The notes below the pieces were generated by a model that was not told where the DNA came from, did not search any database, and saw only the letters and a program-made list of their open reading frames with translations. DNA of 64,000 nt from Minutocellus sp. GHC0000111 (Eukaryota): the NCBI GenBank assembly GCA_977018835.1, contig OZ361256.1, positions 7,316,001 to 7,380,000 of the forward strand, given 5' to 3'. Of the stretch, positions 23,843 to 35,132 are shown in pieces. Within the stretch, counting starts at the first letter, position 1. Each line of letters opens with the position of its first letter. The translations under genes were made by a program, and so were the position numbers.

Positions 23843-24913
23843 TTATCGCATCGCCGATGGTCCGACATTTTGGGAGGCACCGCCGGCGCTCTTTGGTCTG
23901 ATCATCGCTGCAGCTGCAGCTGCAGCTTCTAGTCGAATATCATGGACCGACACTGGACGTCCACCATCGTCATGCTCTTCGTTGGTTCGAATAGAGGCAT
24001 CGGTGGTTGCCAAATGTTGTCGAGTGGCCTCGTAGTCAGCATCCAATTGCCTCAACTTGTCTTCGAGTATACGAATCTCGTATAGATATGCAACGCCATT
24101 TTGAGTATCACCATCAGGCTCATTGGCACCCGACGATGTGGCCACCGAACTTCTTCGTGACTCCTTGGCGCCACTTCTATTGATGCCATTAGTACCACTA
24201 CCACCACTGCCGCTACTGCTGGCTGCCACCACGTCATTGGCTACTGTAGCAATACTCTCACCGAGCAACCGAGCCTGTTCAACGACGTAGGCATTCAAAC
24301 GTTCGTACTCCTCCAGAAAAGCCCCCTCACCTTCCATGTGTTGCTTCAGCATCTGATCTCTCTGTTCTTCGACCTTGTCAGTTTGCTCCGATGCCACGGC
24401 AGCGCGGTCCATAATCTCCCCCATACGTTCCTGGATAGCACGCAATTCTTTTTCGATAATTTCTCGATTGGTATTATCGTTGCATATCTTGCGCCGAAGC
24501 ACGTTGATCTTCTCCTTGATGACATTGTTCTCCGTTTGGATGCTGTTGCGTCGAGTCAAAGCCAGGTTGAGCCGCCCCTCCAAACTCTTGATCATTTTCC
24601 GTTGATTCTCCATGGCCGTTTTCGTTGGGTTGAGACCATCTGCACGGGTATGAGCTTCTCTACTTGGTCTAGTATTATTTGCTTTGATTGAAGGAGAACT
24701 TGCTTTGCATTTGGTGGCGACATGGTTGTTTAGATTGAGCAGCTGAATTGCCTTGGCCTTGTTGGATTCCCGAGTGGAGGCAATGTTCTGATTGACCTCA
24801 GCAAGCTTGGACTGCAATTGCGCAATGCGTTGACGTTCATTTATTAGCTGTCGAGTGTACAGGTCGCCTCGTGCTTGTAAGGAAGCAAGTGTTTCTTCAT
24901 AAGATTTCGACAT
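23843..24913 (-). CDS. Outer dynein arm docking complex DC2 (ODA1/CCDC114)-like coiled coil, possibly truncated
   Basis: DLYTRQLINERQRIAQL, IKSLEGRLNLALTRRNSIQTENNVIKEKINVLRR match the DC2 N-terminal pattern as recalled. Confidence 0.55.
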   Translation of the reverse strand: MSKSYEETLASLQARGDLYTRQLINERQRIAQLQSKLAEVNQNIASTRESNKAKAIQLLNLNNHVATKCKASSPSIKANNTRPSREAHTRADGLNPTKTAMENQRKMIKSLEGRLNLALTRRNSIQTENNVIKEKINVLRRKICNDNTNREIIEKELRAIQERMGEIMDRAAVASEQTDKVEEQRDQMLKQHMEGEGAFLEEYERLNAYVVEQARLLGESIATVANDVVAASSSGSGGSGTNGINRSGAKESRRSSVATSSGANEPDGDTQNGVAYLYEIRILEDKLRQLDADYEATRQHLATTDASIRTNEEHDDGGRPVSVHDIRLEAAAAAAAMIRPKSAGGASQNVGPSAMR

Positions 24914-25114
24914 GAGTGAAAGTGTGAGTGTGAGTGGGGACGCAGTGAGTGGAGGATGCATCGGTCCAGAGACGGATACGTAAATGAATTATGAATCACT
25001 AGCGCGAAAATCAGCCACTTCAAATAAAATAAATCTCATCAAGCTTTACTTTACATTCCTTTACCTTTGGAGTAGTAATCTATCGGCCTACTTTATGTTC
25101 TAATCTACTCCCAA

Positions 25115-26359
25115 CTAAATCATTGGCGATAGGGAAGAGCCTCCGCCTAAGTTTATGATTCCCAGGCCAACATTATCTGCCTCATTATTTCTGCTTTCTT
25201 CCTCTTCATTAAACTTACCAACGAGAAACTCATCCAATATCTCCCTCGTCATGGCATCAATGTCTTGATATCGGGGTTCCCACCCCCAATCCTTGGTAGC
25301 TGCCGAGTGATCAATAGATCTTGGCCATGTATCGGCAATGTCTTGACGAAAATCGGGCATGTACGTGACAGAAAAGCCAGGAAGTATGCGACGAATGCTC
25401 GACGCGAGTTGTTTTGATGTAAACGAAATGGCACCAAGATTGTAGACTCGGCGTGAAAGAGATGATGGATCAGCCTCAAGAAGCTGAAGGGTTCCCTTCA
25501 ATAGATCGGGCATGTAGATGAAGGGGAGTGCCGTGCCCTTTTCAAGATAGCACGTGTACCGGCCTCGTTTTGCGGCTTGATGGAAGATGTCAACAGCGTA
25601 ATCTGTCGTACCGCCACCTGGTGCTCCCTTGGTGCTGATCACACCTGGATATCGCAGCGAGCGATAGTCGACACCATAGACACGATGATAATACTCACCT
25701 AATAGCTCCGCGTGGAGCTTGGTGATTCCGTACATGGTTGTTGGACGAAGGATGCAATTTTCAGGTGTACGATCTTTTGGAATACTGTCTGGTCCAAACA
25801 CGGCAATTGTAGAGGGGCAGAATATCTTTATGCCGCGTTTGCACTTTCGAGCCACCTCCAAAACGTTGGTGATGCCCTCGTTGTTGATCTTCAAAGCAAG
25901 TTGTGGGTTCTTTTCTCCTTTGGCAGATAGGATAGCCGCAAGGTGAACGATTGTATTGATCTCGTATTCTTGACACATGTCCATCAACTGACCTGGATCC
26001 AACACGTCGAGCTGATGGAATTTGATGTGTTCATCTGCCAGGTGAACGCCATGAGGTAGACGAACGTCGGTTGGGATTACATTGTCAACACCGTAGCTTG
26101 CTTGCAGAGCAGGGACTAGCTCTTGGCCAACTTGACCCAAGGCACCAGTAACTAGAATACGTTCGTCCGAACGAAAGGCATTGAGAAAAGTTGAGATGGA
26201 TTTCTTTCGTGCACCACACTTACTTTCGCCAGTGGATCCAATGACGGCGCCACCAGCGCTTGATGGAGCGGCCCCGAAGTTCGTCCTCTTTGCTATCAGT
26301 GCCTTCGTGCTTCCGACGCTCAATCGTCTTACGAGGAGATTGCCAACGATGGTATTCAT
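25115..26359 (-). CDS. TDH: L-threonine 3-dehydrogenase (SDR type), probably mitochondrial
   Basis: ILVTGALGQVG, HLAAILSAKGE, PSTIAVFGP, RPTTMYGITK, PGGGTTDYAV, RQDIADTWP. Confidence 0.95.
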   Translation of the reverse strand: MNTIVGNLLVRRLSVGSTKALIAKRTNFGAAPSSAGGAVIGSTGESKCGARKKSISTFLNAFRSDERILVTGALGQVGQELVPALQASYGVDNVIPTDVRLPHGVHLADEHIKFHQLDVLDPGQLMDMCQEYEINTIVHLAAILSAKGEKNPQLALKINNEGITNVLEVARKCKRGIKIFCPSTIAVFGPDSIPKDRTPENCILRPTTMYGITKLHAELLGEYYHRVYGVDYRSLRYPGVISTKGAPGGGTTDYAVDIFHQAAKRGRYTCYLEKGTALPFIYMPDLLKGTLQLLEADPSSLSRRVYNLGAISFTSKQLASSIRRILPGFSVTYMPDFRQDIADTWPRSIDHSAATKDWGWEPRYQDIDAMTREILDEFLVGKFNEEEESRNNEADNVGLGIINLGGGSSLSPMI

Positions 26360-26613
26360 GATGAATAAGATGGATACTACTGTCAGACTGCAATTCTCGA
26401 GCAGAATAAAAATGACACCAATTCTCCGTTGGTGGGGGTGAGTCGCTTGACTTCGATGATTCTGACAGCGTTGCTTCGCATGCTGACAGCTTTGCTGCCA
26501 TCACGATGAACACGATGAGCAGGCAGAAGATTGACAGCAAAAAGGTCACAACGTGGAGGCTTAGCGGTCGCTGCATCAGAGCGTGTTGACTACCATTTCT
26601 TCAACAAAAAGCC
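26360..26613. promoter_or_regulatory. Putative bidirectional promoter for TDH/KBL with four TGACAG motifs
   Basis: 254 bp between divergent ATGs; CTGTCA 26380, TGACAG 26463, 26484, 26532. Confidence 0.6.
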
Positions 26614-28092
26614 ATGCTAATCCCTGGTGCTGTCAGACGCTCGCTCATCGCATGTGCTCGTGCTCGTGCTCGTGCTCAAACAATCCCCGCCTTTTCTACT
26701 TTGATCATTTCAGGAAAAAGCAAAAACACTCAGGCATATGATTCTAGCCACGTTGGTGGAGATGGAGGAGGTGTCGCGCATCGTTGTCTTGAGGAGCTGC
26801 AATTGATTCGTTCCGCCGGCACGTACAAGACAGAGCGCATCATCAAGTCACCACAATCGACGTTGATTCAAGTAGCCTCGAACGATAACGCCGTCGACAA
26901 TGACGCCGAGACCGAAAAAGAGGTTCTCAACTTTTGTGCCAATAATTATCTCGGACTATCATCTCACCCTCGTCTGATTGATGCTGCTCACAAGGCTCTC
27001 GACGAACGAGGATTTGGGCTATCGTCCGTTCGATTCATCTGCGGTACACAAGACAAGCACAAGGAGTGTGAAAGGGTCATTGCAGATTTTCATGGGATGG
27101 ACGATTGTATTCTGTACCCCTCATGCTTTGATGCCAATGCAGGAATATTCGAGGCTCTACTTGGAGCTGAAGACGCAGTCATCTCCGACTCTCTTAATCA
27201 CGCCTCACTCATAGATGGCATCAGACTCTGCAAGGCTCAGCGGTATCGCTACATGCACTCCGATATGGATGATCTCGAGAGAATACTGAAGGAGACTTTC
27301 GACACTGCCCGAAATCGTCTGATTGTCACTGATGGTGTCTTCTCCATGGTAAGTTCAAGGAATATTTTTGGCTAATTGTAATACTTGATCAATGATTAAA
27401 CATTTATCTCAAACCATTTTCAATTCACTATACAGGATGGCGATGTTGCCAAGCTTGAAGATATCACAGATCTAGCCGAAGAATACGATGCGCAGATCCT
27501 CGTGGATGACTGCCATGCAACAGGATTTATGGGTAAGACTGGACGAGGCAGTCCACAGCACTGTGGTGTCGAGGGTCGCATTGATATAATCAATTCTACC
27601 TTGGGCAAGGCGCTCGGCGGAGCTACCGGCGGATATACCGTGGCATCTCAGCCAATCATCGATCTACTCCGTCAAAGGAGTCGTCCATACCTATTCTCAA
27701 ATACGCTTGCACCCGCCGTGGTTGGAGCATCCTTGAAGGTGTTCCAGATGCTCAACGAATCCAACGAACAAGTAGAAAAGCTGGCAGAGAATGTGGCTCT
27801 ATTCCGGACCAAGATGAAAGTGGCCGGCTTCGTCATCGCTGGCGATTCGGCCAGTGCCATCTGCCCCGTAATGCTTGGTGATGCTAGACTTGCCTCAGAA
27901 TTTGCCGACGATCTACTTGAACTGGGAATATACGTGATTGGCTTTAGTTATCCTGTAGTTCCGATGGACCAAGCTCGTATTCGCGTACAGCTAAGTGCCG
28001 CTCACAGGATCGATGAAGTTGAACGAGCAATCCGTGCTTTCATTGAAGTAGGCAGAAAGAGAGGTATGATTGGTGAACGCTTAGAAAAGTAG
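26614..28092 (+). CDS. KBL: 2-amino-3-ketobutyrate CoA ligase (glycine C-acetyltransferase); intron 27349-27435
   Basis: [78 protein letters not shown]. Confidence 0.96.
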
Positions 28093-28296
28093 ATGAAGTT
28101 ACATGCATGCATGAGCACTTTATCTCCGATAATATGTATATCTATCTAGATATTAGATTTTTTGTATTACGGCCATCTTTTTATCTGTATTACCAGCAAA
28201 CCTTTTTTCTTAGCTTGTAGTTGGTTGGAAATCGAAAATACTCTTCGAGTTACCCTGTGCTCGATATTGCGTCATGCACTCATGCTCTCCTCATGC

Positions 28297-29121
28297 TCAA
28301 TCCTTAAGGTGATGGAAGGTGTGGGCTGCCTGGTGCAGGGCATCCTCGTGCTTGCCAGAATCGGCCATCAATTTCATCACAAGCCGATGGACGGTATCGT
28401 GAGGCCATCTCTTCTGGAACGCATTGACAAAGAACTGGCTCAAATTCTTGAGATGCGGGTCGACGGCAACGTCGGCCGAAATCTTGGTCTTCTTGCCACC
28501 CTCCACAGCCGCAAACGTCCACGTGGATCCCAGATTGTGTCCACGGATGCACCCATCGCAGACGGGATACTCCTGCTTCTCATCCGCAAACGAGATGAAG
28601 CTGGCCTCCACGGACGTACGTCCACTGCCATCCTTGGCCTCGGTCGTTGTCAGTGTGCGTTTCATGAGGAATTCACGGGGTTTCACACCGGGGATAGCGA
28701 ATTGATACTTTTGCCTCACAATGGCAGTCTCCACATAATGCTCGTTCTCGTCCTTATGGTTTGCCGATTTGTGGAACTCTTCTTGCTCCTGTAGATCCTT
28801 GATCCATGAAGACTGATGAGGAGTATCCCTGATGGTCTTCATCACCACTGACAGGGGAACGTCGACGGTAGTGACAGCCCTGTGAGCGTACAGCTGCGTC
28901 CCTGGGATGGGACGGCGGAGCGTTTCGATCCCATCCTTCCATTCGAGATGCTTCCAGGAGCTGGCACTGTCCTCCGTGGCATGTTCGAGGGGCAAATGAT
29001 GCTCAACGAACAATGTAATCAGCTGATTCATGGCCAGACCACTCACGATGAGAATGAGGAACGATGTGAGCAACGATCTGGCCAAGGCCTTATCGTGTAC
29101 GATGTGATGCTTCTCTGTCAT
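28297..29121 (-). CDS. START-domain lipid-binding protein with N-terminal TM helix
   Basis: WKHLEWKDGIETLRR, PGVKPREFL, CIRG, FVNAFQKRWP. Confidence 0.72.
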   Translation of the reverse strand: MTEKHHIVHDKALARSLLTSFLILIVSGLAMNQLITLFVEHHLPLEHATEDSASSWKHLEWKDGIETLRRPIPGTQLYAHRAVTTVDVPLSVVMKTIRDTPHQSSWIKDLQEQEEFHKSANHKDENEHYVETAIVRQKYQFAIPGVKPREFLMKRTLTTTEAKDGSGRTSVEASFISFADEKQEYPVCDGCIRGHNLGSTWTFAAVEGGKKTKISADVAVDPHLKNLSQFFVNAFQKRWPHDTVHRLVMKLMADSGKHEDALHQAAHTFHHLKD

Positions 29122-29658
29122 GATTGGGGATGTGATTTGGTGGTTGAGATATATCTGGATCTGAAATATGTGAAAAGAAGCGCGGGTTCGGTTCGGTTTG
29201 GTGATTGGTGATGGTGATGGACTGGAGGATACGCAAAAGATTTGTGTCAAGATAGTGGCGATATTGGATGTGCTTGTTGAGATTCGACTTCCGATGCGAC
29301 TGACGAGTAAACAGAAGGCAAGATAGGACTTCTAACTACCAATCGAATGGCGAAAGGTTGACTTTGTATTGTAGGCGGTGGTTGGGATTGTATCAATAAA
29401 ACGATGTAATTTATGGCGCTGACGCTCCACAGGCAGGCATGCAGGCCGGCCAACAAGAACCCTATGGAATAAGAGGGAAATCAAAAGGGAGTTACCCTTT
29501 TCTTTCCAAGGTCATTGGTCCAATCTCTAACAACCGTAAATATTATTTATTTTTCAGCCACAAGATGTGTTGGTTGACTGGTGTGGCGTATCCCTTTGCT
29601 CAGGCCGCCCAATACCGCCTCGCATCCTTCGAGCCAGCTCTAGCTAGACAACCGCACC

Positions 29659-31795
29659 ATGCCCAACTTTGGCAAGCCCCCGCCGGGGTACGTCCCCGGC
29701 CTCGGCCGAGGTGCCGCCGGTTTCACAACTCGGTCCGACATTGGGTCGGGTGCTGGCCCCACCGGTGCCGCCGGTGCCGCCTCTGGAGGCACCGGCAGCC
29801 GATCGGCCGAGCTCCGCGCCGCCAAGAAGGCCATGCAGCAACAGCAGCAGCAGGGCGGTGCAGCTGCTGCCTCGTCGTCGTCGCAGTTTGACGACGAAGA
29901 CGCCGAAGCCGACGCCATCTACGCCGCCATCGACGAACGGATGGCCAGCGGCAAGGGGACCAGCGGAGGAGGGAAGCGCAAGCGCGGCGACGACGATACC
30001 ACCAGCGACAACGCCAATGCCAAGATCGGCGACCAGTTCCGCGAGCTCAAGGAGAAGCTGGCCGACGTCACCGAGGATGAGTGGGCGGCCATCCCCGACG
30101 TCGGCGACCACAGCCTGAAATACAAGCAGAAGCGGAGGGAGGATGTCTTCACGCCGCTGACGGATACGCTGCTGTCCGATCGGAGCAAGGTCAATGCCGA
30201 CCCTACGGCCGGTACTGCCGCCTTGTCGGGCAATGCGCAGGTGATGGATGCTGTTGATGGGACGGCCACCACGGCGCCTGGCGGTGCCACCTCGGTTCGT
30301 CTGTCGGGTCTGGCAGAGGCTCGTGGCACCGTCCTCGGAATGAGCCTCGACAAGATGGATTCGGTCACGGGACAGACCGTCGTCGATCCCAAGGGATACC
30401 TCACCAGCCTGTCCAGTGTCAAGGTGGCGACCGAGGCGGAGATCGGTGACATCAACAAGGCTTGGCTGTTGCTAAAGTCAGTGCGCGATACCAACCCCAA
30501 GCATGGACCAGGGTGGATTGCAGCAGCACGCGTTGAGGAGGCGGCTGGCAAGACGCATCAAGCACGGAAACTGATCCAGGAGGGATGCGAATCCTGTCCA
30601 GACAATGAGGACGTGTTGCTCGAGGCTGTGCAGTCTTTGGATGCAGGCAGTCGAGTTGGAACGTTCCAACGGCACCAAGCAATCTCTGGATGAGGTATTG
30701 GCCGCTGCAAGTGAGCGGCTGCCCCGAGTGGAAATATTCTGGCTCGTTCGGGCCAAAGAGCGGTGGATGGCAGGCAATGTCGATGGCGCAAGGGAAGTTC
30801 TTACCGAGGCCTTTGCTGCCAATCCTGATTCCGAGCAGGTATGGTTAGCTGCCGCGAAATTGGAATGGGAAACAGGAGAGCCCGAGCGTGCGAGAGTTCT
30901 CCTTCAACGTGCAAGAGACAGAGCACCATCAGCGAGAGTTTACATGAAGTCAGCCCTCCTGGAAAGAGAGAATAAGCAATACGAAGACGCTTTGAATCTG
31001 ATCGAAGAGGGCATATCGAAATATTCGAACTATCCGAAGCTGTATATGATGGGAGGGCAAATCTGCTCCGAAGACTTGACACGAGACAAGCAAAATTTGG
31101 AAAGGGCACGCAAGTTTTATCAAAGAGGGTTGCAAAGCTGTCCGAACGATAATGTCGTATTGTGGATATTGGCAAGTCGGCTCGAAGAACGGGCTGGTGA
31201 GTTTGATAGCTCTCTGCGAGGCGGCGTGACCAAGGCAAGAAGTTTGCTGGAACTCTCCCGTCTGAAGAATCCGAAGAACCCTGAACTTTGGGTCGAGGCT
31301 ATCCGGCTTGAACGGAGGGCTGGCAACGACAAGCTTGCTGTAACGCTGATGGCGAGGGCACTGCAGGAATGTCCATCATCTGGATTACTTTTGGCTGAAA
31401 ACATATCAACGGCTCTTCGAGTCGAGCAAAAGTCCAAGTTGGCCGATGCTATCAAGAAATGTCCCGACGATCCGCGTGTAATATCTGCCGTGGCATCTCT
31501 ATTTGCATCGGAACGCAAGCACGAGAAGGCTCGTAAATGGTTCGAAAGAGCTGTTGTTCTTGATCCGGACCTTGGCGATTCCTGGGCCAGATATTACGCC
31601 TTTGAGTCCGAAACAGGAAACGCGGCACAAAAGGATAAGGTGAAGGAACGTTGCGTCGCAGCAGAACCCAAGCATGGAGAATTGTGGTGCAGTATCATGA
31701 AACAGATGGAAAATCTACAGAAGTCCATTGGCGAGGGATTGGAGCTCGTTGCGGAGAAGATTCGAGAGCAGAAGGAGTTGGCAACAGTCGGTTAA
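29659..31795 (+). pseudogene. PRP6: Spliceosomal PRP6 with out-of-frame internal deletion
   Basis: PPGYVPGLGRGAAGFTTRSDIG, EWAAIPDVGD, VDPKGYLT, NPKHGPGWIAAARVEE, HAT repeats, AEPKHGELW; EDVLLEA joins SLWMQAVELE out of frame at ~30630. Confidence 0.92.
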
Positions 31796-31835
31796 ATTAC
31801 TATGCTAGCTATCCACTTATGATCTCTCCCTTTAT

Positions 31836-32657
31836 TTATGATGACTCCATTAGCTGCTCAAAAATTTGTTGCAATGTCGTGACACTGGTTGGCGGAAGCT
31901 CTTTTGAGCCACCAACGGATTCTTCATCCGTACTGGTAGCTTTGTCACCGCTTGGTAGCTCTTTCACGAACAATTCCTTTATTGCTTTTGTCCAATTTTT
32001 ACCGCCTTCTTCTTCGTCATCTTTCTCTATTGACAATGCATCGGGCGTTGCCTTGATGATAATGACCTCGACAGATGCCGAGCCACTACTCGATTCCTCA
32101 TTCTCAACATCCTTCTTCGTGCAGACCCACCCAACAGCCTTTCCTCCGTTCGACGGAATGACGTATCCACCATCGGCTTTCCACCCCACAGATTGCCTTG
32201 CCTTTTCTTCTGCCGCCGATCCCACAATGCCAGTGCCAATCGATTTCACTTCAACATTATCTGGCATGCTTTTCACCAAAGCGATGCGATGGCTGCTCCC
32301 ATACTCCACCAAAGGTTCTGAACCAACAGGCAGTATGAGGCGCCATATCGATAGACCCCCATCCCTCTTCACCAGATGCCGTTCCTGATGCGTTATCTCC
32401 ACCACGCTCATCAACTCTGCACGTTTGTGCTTCCGTATGGCATTCCTTATACTTTGCGGCACTTGTTCCAGCCCGCACTCGTCACAATCGCAATCTCGAA
32501 CGACACCATGGGCAAATGTCATTGATGCCATGAAGAAGGGGTCCACCTTCTTGGCACCAGCGCCGGCACCGGTGGTAGATGGTGCGCTGCTGTCATCCTT
32601 TCGGGACGTGGTGGATGGCGTTCCATTGTGATCCTTCTTTGCTGCTTGGGTTGCCAT
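31836..32657 (-). CDS. Hypothetical protein with CDCDEC motif
   Basis: ~273-aa ORF between PRP6 and seipin. Confidence 0.6.
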   Translation of the reverse strand: MATQAAKKDHNGTPSTTSRKDDSSAPSTTGAGAGAKKVDPFFMASMTFAHGVVRDCDCDECGLEQVPQSIRNAIRKHKRAELMSVVEITHQERHLVKRDGGLSIWRLILPVGSEPLVEYGSSHRIALVKSMPDNVEVKSIGTGIVGSAAEEKARQSVGWKADGGYVIPSNGGKAVGWVCTKKDVENEESSSGSASVEVIIIKATPDALSIEKDDEEEGGKNWTKAIKELFVKELPSGDKATSTDEESVGGSKELPPTSVTTLQQIFEQLMESS

Positions 32658-32840
32658 TGTTCTCAAAAATGACGTGAGCAGTATGCGGAAGGCGCCTGCT
32701 CTCGACTCACTCGACTCAGTTGGAAGGAGGTTCTTCTAAAACCGGCAGAGCAGATCACAATCAGCGATGTTAGATCTACTAGATCTACCGGTACGTAGTA
32801 GATACCGGTAAGCTTCATCTACACTCAATTAGAAAAATTT

Positions 32841-34754
32841 CTACACAACTGGATCAGGCTCATCTAAATCCGTGAACACCTCAAATGAGGGGCCAAAATC
32901 ACCTCTCATAACCTTTTCCGCAAGAAGCTTCTCTTCGGCTTCCTTTCTCAAGTTGCCGTTGCACTTCGTTGATGTGCTCTTCATCTCTCCATTTCTCGAT
33001 CCCGTGACTTTACTGCTGCTCTTCTTCTTTTTCGACGGCGATGGCGTTTTCACACCAGCTTTGACCTTGTTCGCATCATGACGCTGGCCATTTGTTGTGC
33101 CGGACCCCCCAGGAACAGCTCCATTTGCTGTCGTCACCGCTGGACCTTTCCTTTCAGTTCCACTCTTCGAGTCAACTTCACTAATATCAAACGATAGATC
33201 ATTGACGAGTTCCTCTGCCAAACTTTCCAGGTCGTCGTCTGGAGTCCCCTCGTCATTACCTTTCCCCTTCGCGGCTTGTACATCGACTCCCCCCTTCGAT
33301 TGGTCGCCACGGCCAGTAGGTTTCTCTTCATTGCTTTCTTGCGCACTGTTCTGGCTCGTTTCATGAATACTGTCCCAGTTTTCATCATCACTCTCATTCA
33401 ATTCTTCAAAATTCACACCACTCTCCATTGTCTGATCATCGCGGTGTTCCTCATTCGAACCATCATCATTGTCACCATCGGCATTGTCCCAGTCCGATTC
33501 ATTGTCATTATCAGCGTCATACTCGAAATCAAAGTCCCCTTGATCGCTCTGCTCACCCCCTGTTCTTCGCCCTGCTCTTCGGCGATTTGTACGATGATAG
33601 TGCCTCATTTGTCTTCGAAACCAGGCTCCAATAATAAGGAACCAGAACGCGTAAAAGAAGGAAAGGAAAGACACAGCTGCAAGTCCAACGCTATAGAACC
33701 ACACCTTCATGATCCCCTGAATAGTATTGAGCTCCTTTCCAATGCGTACCTCACCACTATGCACCTGTATCGGCGCATATCGATGACCCTCACCGTTCAC
33801 TGTATGGCGAGGAACAACAAGCCGCACAATAATCGCCGCCAGAGGCAATTCAGGACTTTCCACATAAGAGTCAAATGATTCCAATACCACAGTCCTCGCC
33901 TCCGCCACTGCACCGATCAATATGGGTCCCATGAGCACAACTTTACGAGCCACACCAATGAGAGTGCTTTCGTGAGGGAGCATCGTCGGTCGTCCAGATG
34001 ACGCCAACAGAGTCCCGTCCAATGCAATCAAGTCCACTTCCACCATCATCATGCCCAGTTGTCGGTTCAGGTCAGACTCGGGCAATGTCAGGGCCAAATC
34101 CAGAAAATGGCGTCTGTTTGGTTTGATGACATGTACCCCCGAGGTATATTCATATTTGGCAGGTAACACTTGTTCGTGATATGCATGCCATTGGGTGTGC
34201 TGCATGCTCAAATCTACAACAGCCGTCGGTGGTGCTGGACGGGCATCTTTCCTTGTTGGATGTGCACATTGCCGTGTCTCCCCTTGACCACCAATCTCAT
34301 TCTCATCTGATTCACTGTTACGAGATTGTACCTCTTGATTCTTGATGTACCGCCCATATGCACCGGAAAGATGCCTCTCGGACACAAAGTTGTAATCGAA
34401 GTAAATTGGAGATCGTATTGCGAGTCGCGGCATAGACAAGTTATAAATCACACCATACGTTGCAACCGATAGGGTCAGTATGGCAGTCGAAACAAACGAT
34501 ACGTAAACAACCCTCTTAATCAAGGACAACAGCGTCTGGCAAAAGGCCACGATGGACGATTCAGCGGCAGCGGCGGCCGTCCGCACGGTTGCCCTCGCCC
34601 TTGGCCGCCTTCGGCCTCGACGTCGACGTCCGCTGCTCGTGTCGGAAAAGAAATAATGGCCTTCATTTTCATCGTCGTCGTATCGCCTCTGCTGTCGAGA
34701 TGCAACCAACGCCGATATGGCAGCGTCGAGAACGACGGAGCTCGCTGCATTCAT
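32841..34754 (-). CDS. Seipin (BSCL2/FLD1 family)
   Basis: Two TM helices flanking PIYFDY..LTLPESDLNRQLGMMMVEVDL..SSGRPTML; acidic C-terminal tail. Confidence 0.85.
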   Translation of the reverse strand: MNAASSVVLDAAISALVASRQQRRYDDDENEGHYFFSDTSSGRRRRGRRRPRARATVRTAAAAAESSIVAFCQTLLSLIKRVVYVSFVSTAILTLSVATYGVIYNLSMPRLAIRSPIYFDYNFVSERHLSGAYGRYIKNQEVQSRNSESDENEIGGQGETRQCAHPTRKDARPAPPTAVVDLSMQHTQWHAYHEQVLPAKYEYTSGVHVIKPNRRHFLDLALTLPESDLNRQLGMMMVEVDLIALDGTLLASSGRPTMLPHESTLIGVARKVVLMGPILIGAVAEARTVVLESFDSYVESPELPLAAIIVRLVVPRHTVNGEGHRYAPIQVHSGEVRIGKELNTIQGIMKVWFYSVGLAAVSFLSFFYAFWFLIIGAWFRRQMRHYHRTNRRRAGRRTGGEQSDQGDFDFEYDADNDNESDWDNADGDNDDGSNEEHRDDQTMESGVNFEELNESDDENWDSIHETSQNSAQESNEEKPTGRGDQSKGGVDVQAAKGKGNDEGTPDDDLESLAEELVNDLSFDISEVDSKSGTERKGPAVTTANGAVPGGSGTTNGQRHDANKVKAGVKTPSPSKKKKSSSKVTGSRNGEMKSTSTKCNGNLRKEAEEKLLAEKVMRGDFGPSFEVFTDLDEPDPVV

Positions 34755-35132
34755 GGTATCGATACAACGCAATGCAACCATGCAACCGTCATCATGCTCA
34801 TCAGAGGACGGCTGTACGAGAAATACGAGAAATGTACGTACGTTACACTTCTCCTTGACGTGTCCATATTTGAATTTCCTCCTCAAAAACTCCCTCGACG
34901 CCAGGGCTTAAATATCATACAGGCGGAACGGATGCTAATAACAAAGGCAAGAAAGCCGATGCGCCGAGTGAGGAACATTGATAATGAATATTGCCAACAA
35001 GCAATAAATGCCACTGATCTTTGCTCCTCAAATGCATCTGGCAGGGTCTTGTTAGAATTTTTATCTGTAATGTAATGACGACCGATGTGGAAGCCACCGA
35101 AGCGGTGATGGCAAGGTGCACCGCTGCAGGTC

